Assembly (NCBI GenBank): GCA_003427395.1
Contig: BFEA01000014.1
Coordinates: 5,246,662 to 5,293,499 of the forward strand
Direction of reading: 5' to 3'
Origin: Chara braunii
Taxonomy: Eukaryota; Plantae; Charophyceae
DNA length: 46,838 bases
Positions 36,173 to 46,838 of this stretch are shown piece by piece. Under the pieces are notes generated by a model that saw only the letters and a program-made list of their open reading frames with translations, did not search any database and was not told where the DNA came from. The position numbers and the translations under genes are program-made. Within the stretch, counting starts at the first letter, position 1; each line of letters opens with the position of its first letter.

Positions 36173-36526
36173 AACTGTCATTTCGTCAAAATGGACATCT
36201 TTTATTTTTTTGAACGAAATAGAAACTAAGTTTTTTTAACTTTTTGGCCGAAAACTTATCAAAATTTGTTGTTCCTGAGGGTTTGGCGTTTGTAAAACGC
36301 TGGACCGCCTGGCTGTACATGGACCTAGCTTGAGACCAGGTACATCCAGACAGGACTGTCTGGATGTACCGGGTCTCAAGCTAGGTCCATGTACAGCCAA
36401 CGGGTCCAATGTTTTACAAACGCCAGACCCTCAGGAACAACAAATTTTGACGAGTTTTCGGCCAAAAAACTCGATTTCAATTTCGTTCAAAAAATAAAAA
36501 ATGTCCATTTTGACGAAATGGTCGTT
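36173..36526. mobile_element. Foldback/palindromic MITE, 354 bp
   Basis: Arms of about 170-180 bp around a 2-nt centre (36354-36355); termini AAC...GTT; CTTA on both flanks (36169-36172, 36527-36530) as a possible 4-bp TSD. Homologous to 26738-26976. Confidence 0.88.
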
Positions 36527-37199
36527 CTTATGTGACATTTTTTTTTTTGATACTTTATTCATGCTTATGTGATACCTTAGAATTTGTTTTGTAATGTACT
36601 CTACAATTTTGGGACTTTGAGTCATTAGTGGTTGCAACCTTATACTTGTTTTTATGAGACTCTGAATATTTTAAAAGTATTGGGGTATCAAAGACGAATT
36701 GAAGTCGAAGAATTGTAGACATGTACTTCATGGTTGATCGAAGCATTAAGGCATGCGTGTGCATAACCTTATAGTTTTCATCATGCATTTCATATTTTAT
36801 GACGTTAAACCTTACCTTGTATTGGGATTTTTGTTGGTAATGAACACCGCATGTATACAATTTTTTGCATAGAAAGTAAGTTAGGCTACACAAGATTTCA
36901 CCACAATTCTATAAAATTTAACTTACTAGGTGTAAATCAAATCCTATTTGTAATTATACCTAGATTCATTTAGCATTAGCAAGTTAGGCTATGCGGAGTG
37001 TTCACTTCGTAATGTGATATGAGAATGCAATGTTGGCATTATAGACATATGAACATAAATTTAATATGAGTTTGTTCGAATAATGAGAAGTCTCGTGTTT
37101 ACTCATTTCCACGAAGAGAAGCCTACTTTTTAAGATACAAATCTTATCATAAATGTACCAATTTAGGAAATAATTTCCAATTTTAACGAATAACATGTT

Positions 37200-39570
37200 C
37201 CGTCATTTTCCCTGTCTCTGCCTCTCTCTGCCTACCGGCTCCGCCTTCTCCTTTCACCCCCGCCATCCATCCCCCCTCTCTGCCTTCCCCCTTCAATCGA
37301 GGAGTCCTTTCCAGTAACCAAACGAGCAGTGAAAGAGTGCAAGGCGAGAGTGGGAAAGGTGGAGAGGGTCGGGTGAGGAGGTGGGGTGAGGGGGTTCCTT
37401 TCCGCTGAGAAGAAAGACAGGGGTGACAGGGCATAAGGTGGCGTCGGTTGGGAAGGAGCGGGGGACGAGGGAAATGTAGGCGGGAAGGTGGTCATTTTCA
37501 CATGTAACGAAGATACGACCGATAATATTATCGGTCTTATTTTCTCATTTTGTGAAAATGATGGGAAAGAAAGTCGTCCTCCTTCCTATCGGGATGTCCC
37601 CGGTGCTCTCTTCCCCCCCCAGCTTTGCCTTCCCCTTTCAACCCCGCCTCTCCCCTCATCAGGAAGGCCCACCTCCTATCCCCCTCCTCAACTTCCCTCC
37701 CCACGTCAGTAAAAAAATCCTTTCAAGTAGCCATTCAATAATCAGTGGAAGGGTGCATGGCGAGAGGGGGAAAGGCTGCGAGAGCGGGGCGAGAGGATGT
37801 TCCTTCCCGCTGAGGGAAAAGGCCCGACGGGGGTGAATGGGGAAGGCGGCATCAATGGGAGAAGAGCGGTGGGACATGGAAAACGTAGGCGGGAACGCGT
37901 TCATGTTTGCACAGAGTGACATAGTGAAAATATGACCGATAATATTATCGTTCTTATTCTCATTTTGCAAAAATGATGGGAAAGAAAGTCGTCCTTCCTC
38001 CTATCGGCCCGTCCCCGGTGCTCTCCGCCCCCCCCCGGCTTTGCTTTCACCCTTCACCCCTGCCTTTCCCCTCATCATGAAGGCCCACCTCCGATCCCCC
38101 TCCTCTCTTCCTTCTCCATATCAGTAAAAAGTCCTTTCAAGTAGCCGTTCAACGAACGGTGGAAGGGTGCATGGCGAGAGGGGGAAAGGCGGACAGGGCA
38201 GGGCAAGAGGATGTTCCTTCCCGCTGAGGGAAAAGGCAAGGGTGAAGGGGGAAGGCAGCATCGGTGAGAGAAGAGAAGGGGGAAAGGGAAAAAATAATGT
38301 AGGCGGGAACGCGTTCATTTTCGCATATAGTGAAAATATGATCGATCATATTATCGGTCTTATGTTCACATTTTGGAAAAACGTCAGGAAAGAAAGTCGT
38401 CCACGCTCCTATCGCCCTGTTCTCGCCATTCTCCCCACACCGGCTCCGCCTTCCCCCTTCAACCCCGCCTTTCCCCTCACCGTGAAGGCCTGCCCTCGAT
38501 CCCCCCCCTTCCGCCTCCGCCCCTCAATCAAGAAGTCGTTTCAGGTAGCCAATCTACAAGTGGGGAAAGGTGCAAGGTGAGAGGGGGGAGAGGAGGGGAC
38601 GGGACGAGGAGGCGGGCGAGGTGGGTTCCTTCCGACTAAGGGGAAGGGCGGGGGGGAAGGGGGAAGGCGGCGTTCGTGGGAAAAAAGCGGGGGGACGAGG
38701 GAAATGTAGGCGGAAAGGTGGCTATTTTTATAACAAAAACACGACCGATAATATTATCGTTCATATTTTGATTATTTTTGCGTTTTGCCAAAATGACGGG
38801 AAAAAAAATGTCCTCCCTCTTACCGCCCCGTCCTCGGTGCTCTCCCCCCCCAGCGGCTCCGCTTTCCCCCTTACCCCCGTCTTGCCCCTCACCGGGAAGG
38901 CCCACCTTTGATTCCCCTCCTCTCCACCTTCCCCACGTCAATCAAGAACTCTTTTCATGTATCCAACAAATGAGCAGTGGAAGGGTGCAAGGAGAGGGGG
39001 GGAAGGCTGAGAGGGCGGGGCAAGGAGGCGTGGTGACGAGGCGGTGCAAGGGTCTTCCTCCCCATGGAGGAAAAAGGCGGGCGTGAAGGGGGAAGGCAGC
39101 GGCGGTGGGGGAAGAGCAGGGGGACGGGGGGAATGTAGGCGGGAATGCAGTTATCGGTCCTATTTTCGCACTATGGGAAAATGACAGAAAAGAAAGCCGT
39201 CCACCCTGGCATCGCCCCGTCCCCGCCGCTCTTCCCCCACCGGCTCTGCCTTCCCCCTTCACCACCGCCTTTCCCCTCACCATGAAGGTCCGCCTTCGAT
39301 CCACCCTCTTCCGCCATTCCCCCCTCAATCAAGAAGTCCTTTCAATTAGCCAATCTACGAGCGGGGAAGGGTGCAAGGCAAGAGGGGGGAAAGGCGGAGA
39401 AGGCAGGGTGAGGCGGGCAAGGGGGGCTCCTTGCTGAGGGGAAAGGCAGGGGTGAAGGGGGAAGGCGACGTCCACGGGGGAAGAGTGGGGGGACGGGGGA
39501 AATATAGGCGGAAAGGCAGCTATTTTCGCATATAGTGAAAATACGGCCGATAATATTATCGGTCTTATTG
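37200..39570. repeat. Diverged tandem satellite, about 6 units of 400-420 bp, with alternating C-rich and G-rich halves
   Basis: Palindromic anchor CCGATAATATTATCGG or variants near 37519, 37936, 38343, 38745, 39151 (partial) and 39548. Confidence 0.88.
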
Positions 39571-39684
39571 CCTGAGTGGCCCTGGACCACTTGACCGGCC
39601 GGGCCCAAATATATATATTATATATATAAATTCTATTTTTCTTTTTTCTCAACTTCATAAAGAATTTTGATGTGATCCTGAGGC

Positions 39685-39857
39685 AAAAGTTGTTCAGTTT
39701 ATTTTTCTGCATAACTAGGCAACCAGCCCGGCCGCCCGGGTGACCTTGCTTTCCTGGGCCCGGCCGTGCAAGGACCACAGAAGATCCCAGCAAAAGAAAC
39801 AAAAAAAGAACCCGAAAAAAAACTACGTTATGCAGAAAAATAAACTGAACAACTTTT
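39685..39857. repeat. Perfect 31-bp inverted repeat with 111-bp spacer
   Basis: AAAAGTTGTTCAGTTTATTTTTCTGCATAAC (39685-39715) and its reverse complement (39827-39857). Confidence 0.92.
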
Positions 39858-39882
39858 TTTTTTTTCATCTTTTCAAACTGCC

Positions 39883-39913
<31 letters not shown>

Positions 39914-41454
39914 TGGAGTGCATTTCATTCCGTATTTTTAACTGAACAACTACTTTTTTTTCTTTTTTTTTTCTTAACCGAACAAAGCGGATAATGCCAG
40001 ATATCATATAACCGGGAAACGGGCCAGACATCCCTTACATCATTTGCTCCGGCCAAACGGGATAAGTAATGCACTCTCGCCCAGGCCTATCCCTACCGCA
40101 GCCCCACAAGGTCATGACAACCAATCCCAATCCCAACCCTAAAACAAAAGTTGCGTTCCCTAATCTAAGAAACCGAGATCCTAATCCACCCCTTCTCCAA
40201 ACCGCCATTATTAAGCAACCCTAATCTAGCGAAATCCAAGCCTGGTAAGAAATCACCAACCAAAAGCACAAAAACAAGATTGTCAATAATCTAATCCTAA
40301 TTACCCACGGACAGACTCCCAAAATGATTCACAAAGTTCCAACTCTATACCCTATGCACCTCCAATCAGCAAGTTGAACCCCAACTAAAATCCAAATCCG
40401 CAACCCACGTGATGGACCAACCCACGGGCAAAAGCAACAACCATTCACAAAATTCACACTCTACACTCTGTATACCTTTAATAAACACCGCCAACCAGCA
40501 ACAAGGTAGCAGATCTTCGAAAATCTCTGAAAATCACGATCGTAATGAGCACCAATCCTACCTAGCCAGCATCGCTACCCTAATTGTCGACAAACAAAGT
40601 CAACGAATTACCAGTCCACAAAGACTAGTTATACACCCGAAAGTTCCCAAACAACCGTGATAGGTAGCTTTCTATACTGAGAAGACACAGCCAAATGGTC
40701 AGAATCTAAAAACACAATGAAGAATCTATGAAAGCACCAAAGGTAAGAGAATCATGAGCAACACCACGCCCGAAGTAGGAGCTAAGCCAACACTGGATAA
40801 CCCCGGTCCCAGCCATCTCTTCGCACAGAGAAAACTGCAACCGCCATTGCAACACGATCATGTTCCGTAGCTGTAATCAGAGGGCAAAGCCCTTGATCAG
40901 GTGATACTACTGATATGTACGATGCACAGATCTTGCCCGTTGACCGACCCCACATATCTCTTCTTCCTTCTGCTGAAAGGCCTTCCACGATTCAGACCCC
41001 AAATTCGAGTTTCAGGGTCAAAGGCCTGGGCCAAGAAACGCCAAGTCGGTCAGTTTCAGAGAAGTCGCAGTCGGGTACCTTAGGAGTCAAGTCCAACAGG
41101 CACCCGGCGAACAGTCACATCCCAGGGGCAAAAATCATGTCTCATAATGAAAAGTCATATTGAAAAGTCACATCCCACGGGCAAAGGACACATCCACAGG
41201 CAAAAGTCGTGTCCCAGAGGCAGGAGTCACAAACCACAGTCAAAAGTCATGTTCCACAATCGAAAAGTCGTGACTCAAAGGCCCAAACAGCAGCACACCA
41301 ATGAAAATTCGGGAAAAGTACCAGGCCCTGAAATTCTGAAGCAAACAGGCCGTGGGGATGTGGTTCCAGAACCAAGTCAAGCCCCAAGAAGCAGAGGCTG
41401 GGACGAGTTGAAGCTCAGTCCAAGACAATATAAGGACGGGCCAGCCTCCTCATT

Positions 41455-44400
41455 GGGGGAGATTGCTCATTCGCGTGAAGTGCAGAAGTGCTGGTGCACT
41501 TGTACACTATTGTGAGGGGCGAAGCGCTGAGCCAGGGAGGTTGTTACGTGCCCAGTTGGGCGATGTACATAGAAACCGAGGATCCGCAATGTGATAAAAA
41601 GGACTGAATGGACAATGCAGTGCAAGTAGAATCTCAACAAGGAATGTGCATTCTGATACATACAAATGGTGCTGAATAGCGCAGTGGAAGACTTAGATAC
41701 AAGTCCTGACCTGACCGGGACTGACCTCGTTCATGTAGTATAAGATAGCGAAGCAGAATGTGTGAAGGAGCCTGGCACTGTACACAGGAAGCGCCAGGTC
41801 CAGACATACACAGACGAAGAGTAGGGGATCAGACGAAGAGGAGGGGGAGAGATGGGAATGTCGCCAACACCAAGTCTTTGTCACAAGCCCCAAATAATCC
41901 CTCGTTGCAATGTCCGAAGCAAAAAAAAAGTCGAGTCTGGATCCAATGTCACCAAGCTCTCTCTCACTTCTCTCATAGTCTGCTGATGCAGTGAAGTCAG
42001 ATAATGAGAGGGTGAGAGGGAGATGGTGGACTGAGAAGAGGAAGAAGAAGAACTCTCTCTCTCTGTTACGAGCCACGTACTAACCTGTGAAGTTGGCGCT
42101 GTGCTGCAGTTACCTCGAAGACGAAGCTGGAGCAAACGGCGCTGCAGGTAAGTACCTCTGGCCTCCGCCCGATCTCTCTCTCTCTCTAGTGCTATCCTAG
42201 CTATGGCGCCTAGCGCTGGAGACTACAGCTACCTACTGCGCCCAGCGCTGAAGACTAAGGCTAACGCTACTACTACTCCTGCAGCGCTCCCTCCAGAGTG
42301 CTGCTGCCGAATCCTGAAGACTACTGCCTCCTACCTCCCCGTGAAGTGCATGGGAAGTCCCTATGTACTACCTCGGCCTGCCTCCTGACTGCCTGAAGGG
42401 CGAGCCAGGCCGAGGAGGCTGCTCTTGCCAATGCAGAAGTGTGCCAGGGGCTGGAGCTGCAGCCTCTGCTGAGGCTGTCATGGGAACAGGCTAAGAATAG
42501 CCTGTTCCTGAAACCCTGGTTCGGTGCCTGAGTTTCAGGGCCGGTCGTTCTGATGAACGACCGAAAATGGCCCTTCCTTTCAGGCTAAAAACTAGTAAAA
42601 AGGCTATTGTCATTTTCAGTCTGAAACGACACAGGGACTGTAGGCCCCTGTTTTCAGGCATTCGGGCTGAACAGTCACGGGGCCTGTAAGATTCTGACTT
42701 TTTTTTTTTTTTTAACAGGTCCTCATGGTCCTGGCTCCATATCCATTCTGGGGAGCGTCAGTCCGGTTCCTTTCCACCGGCAAGTCGAGAATGAAATACA
42801 TAGTGAACACCCTCACGCTTCCTTCCGTCTGGCCGAAGGAACCCTGACCAGCATTGATTGCTCCTTTTTCAGGAGGATTGACTGTCAGCTTGCCCTACCT
42901 CTTTTCCTCTCAGAAACTATACTCTCTGCGCCAGATGCTACGTATAAAGCCAGAAAAGGGGAGAGATGTCTAGCTGTTGAGATTATAATCTCAGTTAGCT
43001 CTTCACTGGGACCCTGTTCTCGTGTTGTGCCACTTCTTCCACGCCATTCTGTTGTCCACCACAGTGGCGATCTTTCCCTGCAGAAGCCAGTTTCTTATGA
43101 ATTTACGTCTCTTTGTGGCTATCATTTCGGGTCTGCCTTTCGTAGTCATGGTCACTTCTCGCCATCTGGCTCGAATCTCTGTTTCTGCCATTCTCAGCAG
43201 TAGAACCCACGTTTCCTCTCTTGGTATCTCAATTCCTTCGATCGTCTTGGAGCATCTTCTCTTCCAGATTACCCAAAGCGCCAGCTTTCTGAGTAGATGG
43301 AACCAGACTTCCTTGCCGCCTTTGAGATTGTTAGTGTCGTTAGATAGGAGCAGGATGTAGAGGGGGGTTGTGGCNGGGGGGGGTGATGGGAAGAGAGAGG
43401 TCCAAAGGTNGNGCACTTTNTTCCAGATCCATGTTGCTTCCGTGTAGTATAAAAGGCAGTGGAGTGTGTCTTCCACGNCGTTGCCTGTGCACAGACTGCA
43501 TATATCANTGNTGTCGGGGTCTGTGTGTTTTCTTCTCTTGTGGAGCCACTGATTGGTTGGCAGAGAGACGTGTGCTAAGAGCCATTGCATGCTTCGGATC
43601 CTAGCCGGTCTAATGGTTAGGAATTTAGTCCATGGGATGGATATGGGGGCCGAGGGGTCCAGACTCAGTGTTTCCTTCCATTTGCTTTCGAGTCTGGGAT
43701 CAGGGTCTGTGGTCTGTAGGCCTAGATCATAGCCGAATTTGACATCGTACTCAGCTATTGTTCTCGTCCTCCCTGAGTTGCCTTGTTTCCATATCCATTC
43801 TTTTGGGTCAAATTCTAGCTCTGAGATGCAAAGATCCGGTCGGAAAATTTTCCATGGTTTGGACTTCGATACCCTCACTTTTCTCAGTCGAAAAGTCTCC
43901 AGCGTCTCGCTCCGCGGGTCGATGTTCTGGGCTTCTATTTCATTTGTGCTGTGTTTCGCTATCGGGTAGAAAAAAAAACTTGGATACATAGCCGGTTGGG
44001 CTTGTCCTCGCGACAAATCTGTATACTCTGGTAGGCTGGGCTTGGGAGACTGGTATGCCCCAATCCCCGGATTTCCAGGAGAATTCCTCTCTTAGGAGGG
44101 GAAGCCATTGTGTTGGGATACTATTCTGGATCAGCGTTAAGTTCTCAGCGAGGGCGTGGCAGCCCTTTAATGTGTTGCGTGATCCGTTGCCCACCGTCCT
44201 TGGTCTTCTACCCAGATGTGTTTGACCTGCCACACACCTTTTTCTACCAAGGAAAGCCATCTGCGGTCCCGTGAACGCAAAGTCCAGGTCGTTCCACTGG
44301 GGTCAGTGATCCAGGGGATTATACCGAGGCCCCCTTCCTGAGGCCTCCTATTGATGTGGTTCCATGCGACCCTGTTGATGCAGGTGGTCCTATTAGGATC

Positions 44401-45595
44401 CCCTATCCAGAGGTAGCATCTCACCCTGTTTTTAAGCTCCTTGAGGTCATCGTCGGGGGGGGACCAGATTGATGCCATATACCACAACGTGGAGAAAATC
44501 GCTGTGTTGACCAGCAGTGCCCGTCCGATTAGTGAGGCCTGGGCATTTCTGCACAGGGTGAGGCGACTGATTGCTCTTGCTATTAGGTTCTGGCCCATAC
44601 CCGGCCACACTCCGTCTTTGTTGATCATAATGCCTAGGAATCGTAGTGCTTGCTCACCCGTGGTCCAAGTCATGGGTGTGGTAATGTCTGGTGGTTGGGG
44701 GGGGGTACCGTCAGCTAACCACCATCCTTCGCTTTTATTCCAATTAACCCTCATTTCTGATGTCAGTCTGAAGGCTCCCATTGCCCTTACCAGTGCTTGG
44801 AAAGAGCCGTTGTTTGCTCTAATGAGTACCGTGAGGTCGTCGGCGAACATGAGTGCAGTGGGTAGGGCGAAGTCGTGTAGCGGGTTGAAATTTCGTTCAG
44901 TGAGGCGGTCAATGGACGGGTCTTTGCGGAGAAAGGAAGCTATGGCTTCCATAATGAATAGGAATATGGGAAGAGCCAGTGGGTCGCCTTGTCTGGCCGA
45001 GCGTGAGATTGGGTAGGTCTCCGATAGACCTGGACTCTTCCTGTTGCGTCTATGTACAAAACTCTCACCCAACTTCTGAAGTTTGGGCCTACACTCATTT
45101 TCTCCATGCATGCATGGAGAAAATCCCAGCTAACTTGGTCGGAGGCTTTCTCGAAGTCAAAGAACAAGATCGCGGCCTTCATTCGTTTTTCTGTGATCTT
45201 TTTTGCCGCCTCGTTCAGAGTCATGACGTTGTCCAATATGTATCGACCCGGGATGAAGCCCGCTTGGTCGATGTGAAAACAGTTGTTCGTTAGTGTGGTG
45301 ATTCTGTTTGCAAGCGCCTTGGCGAGGATTTTGTACGGCGTGGTTAATAGGGAGATAGGTCTGTAGTTTTTCAAGTCTTCTTTGTCTCCCTTCTTGTACA
45401 GCAGTGAAACCACGGTGGTACTCAGTTCCTTTCCTAGACCACCTTTGCGCAGACTCTCGTTGAAGAAGTCGAGTAGGTCTTCTCCCAGGGTCGGCCAGAA
45501 GCAGCTCCAGAATTCCTTGGAGAGACCGTCGATGCCCGGGGCTCAGCCTGAAGGACGCAGGGCCTGGAAAATGGCCCTCGTGTGCAGGCGCAGCA
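41455..45595 (+). mobile_element. Putative polypurine tract plus LTR (about 1.3 kb), split by a LINE insertion
   Basis: PPT-like GGGGGAGA at 41455-41462; TGCT start at 41464 and AGCA end at 45595; TATA-like motif near 41740; GA/CT tracts; splice donor CAGGTAAGTA near 42145. Confidence 0.5.
42699..45541 (-). mobile_element. 5'-truncated L1-clade LINE (RT, zinc finger, 3' UTR, poly(A))
   Basis: PGIDG...LLYKKGDKEDLKNYRPISLL, QAGFIPGR, FFDFEKA, RQGDPL, MFADDL, RFLG, CSLC...EDTLHCL; stop at 43003; T-run 42699-42713. Frameshifted. Confidence 0.93.
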
Positions 45596-46100
45596 TGTAA
45601 CAGAGGTAGTACACTATTGTACACTATTGTGCAGAAGTGCTGGTGCACTTGTACACTATTGGGAAGGCAGCCATAGCTCCGCTAGTGCTTAGTAGTTAGT
45701 AGTAGACCTCAGGAGAGTCAGTAGTGCTAGCAGTTGGTGTATTCAGAGTTGGTCCTTGAGTAGTAGAAGGTGTGAGTGCATGCAAGTACGGAGAGAAGAC
45801 ACAGGGAGTAGTAGACAGAGAGAAGATCGAGGGAGTAGTAGAGAGAGAGAAGATGGAGAGAGAAGAGAGAAGAGCATTGAGAGAGATACTTACCTGAGTG
45901 GATATACTGGTTACTTGGGTTTGCGCTGCTGAGCGCTTAAGACTGGAACTCTTAATTGCTCACATGATAATTTGTGTGTGTGATTGTGTGCGCTCATTGG
46001 TGGTGAACTGGGAGGTTCATTGCACTGCAGCCAATCTAGGATTACCAACTCTCATTGGCCAAGATCAGGCTATGGCAGGTGCGTAGTTGTGCCCCCATGA
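45596..46100 (-). mobile_element. Second LTR-like segment (terminus TGTAACA at 45596)
   Basis: TGTAAC terminus; minus-strand splice donor CAGGTAAGTAT (45886-45896) and CT/CTA-rich tracts like those of the 41464 LTR; 33-bp identity to 41480-41512. Far boundary is uncertain. Confidence 0.45.
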
Positions 46101-46213
46101 AGCGGCCTCCACCTCAGCGCCGACACAGCAAGTTCTGGCTAAGCGCAGGTTATCCGCAGCTGACCCCGTGCGATCCCCCCCCGGCCGTGCATCGTAATAG
46201 CAACGCACTAGTG

Positions 46214-46515
46214 ACATCTCAAATACATCAAGAGGATAGAGATCCCCCAGCACTTCACATAGACAGACTGTCATGCATTCACAAGTAGTTGGACATACCA
46301 ACACATCTCTGCATAAGGCCGCTGGACCCGATCTCCACAAAACACACTCAAAACAATGTACAGGGACGCTGGACCCGTTTTCCAGCAGGTGCAGCTCCCC
46401 ACTAATAGATGGAGCCTTCGACTATGGGACCTACTTACCGGGTGTGCATAACCACCTCGGTAAGTAGGTTTCCTGAATAAGAAGTTTAACTTAAAAGAAA
46501 AAAAAAAAAAAAAAA
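46214..46515 (+). mobile_element. Short retroposed element (5'-truncated LINE or SINE 3' end) with TSD
   Basis: 15-bp TSD AGCA(A/G)CGCACTAGTG (46199-46213, 46518-46532); shared 3' module at 46363-46469; poly(A) at about 46493-46515. Confidence 0.85.
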
Positions 46516-46838
46516 GCAGCAGCGCACTAGTGCAACTTTACTCCGTGCGTCGTTTGTTTGTTTTGTTTTGGTGGCACAGAGGCGTAGTTTTAACAACTTT
46601 TACCTCAGGGTGGCATCAAAAAAAATTATCAAATTTTATTTTTTGGCCTGACAGGTCAAGTGGTCCGGGGGCCAAGTCCCACTAGCTGTCACAAAAGTAT
46701 AGGAATGAGGACCGTTCGTGTGTGTGACAGGCTTTTCAGCTGTAGATAGCAAAGGAATTGGACGGTCCTAATTTTGTTCCCGTGTAGATCTTTCTCACAC
46801 TCTCATTGGCCATCAACTGTGGGAGGTATTCTTTCTCT

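Noticed and set aside
37183-39868. Numerous short Pro/Gly-rich ORFs
   Set aside because: Translations of the G/C-skewed satellite on both strands.
42543-42566. Hammerhead ribozyme core (CTGATGA...GAAA)
   Set aside because: Only 6 unpaired nt lie between the boxes, and CTGATGA is the loop region of a simple hairpin GGTCGTTC/GAACGACC.
45886-45896. U1 snRNA 5' end (ATACTTACCTG)
   Set aside because: No U1 stem-loops or Sm site follow; better explained as a minus-strand splice donor.

Overview
This is a eukaryotic, repeat-dense genomic window with a 690-N assembly gap at 9284-9973. The TE families and low-complexity style suggest a charophyte alga such as Chara (inference, not verified). It holds one intact host-like gene: an uninterrupted 1662-aa ORF (13696-18684, +). 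The protein has a stonustoxin-like MACPF/CDC N-terminal region, a helical/thioredoxin-like middle, a Cys/His cluster, a GIMAP/septin-like P-loop GTPase, a second Cys-rich domain and coiled coils, making it a candidate GTPase-coupled pore-forming or immune protein. Everything else is decayed mobile DNA and repeats: (1) a minus-strand Ty3/Gypsy-like gag-PR-RT-RNaseH element with a chimeric duplicated PR-RT segment and no visible integrase; (2) a full-length degenerate L1-type LINE (23136-33636, 16-bp TSD) carrying a hAT MITE and a foldback insertion; (3) a second, 5'-truncated LINE inside an LTR; (4) several LINE 3'-end fragments sharing a conserved multi-hairpin 3' module; (5) palindromic MITEs; (6) four tandem arrays of about 41, 31, 103 and 410 bp, three of which amplify recognisable functional motifs (LINE 3' hairpin, Pol III B-box, E2F site). 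All alignments and identities were judged by eye.
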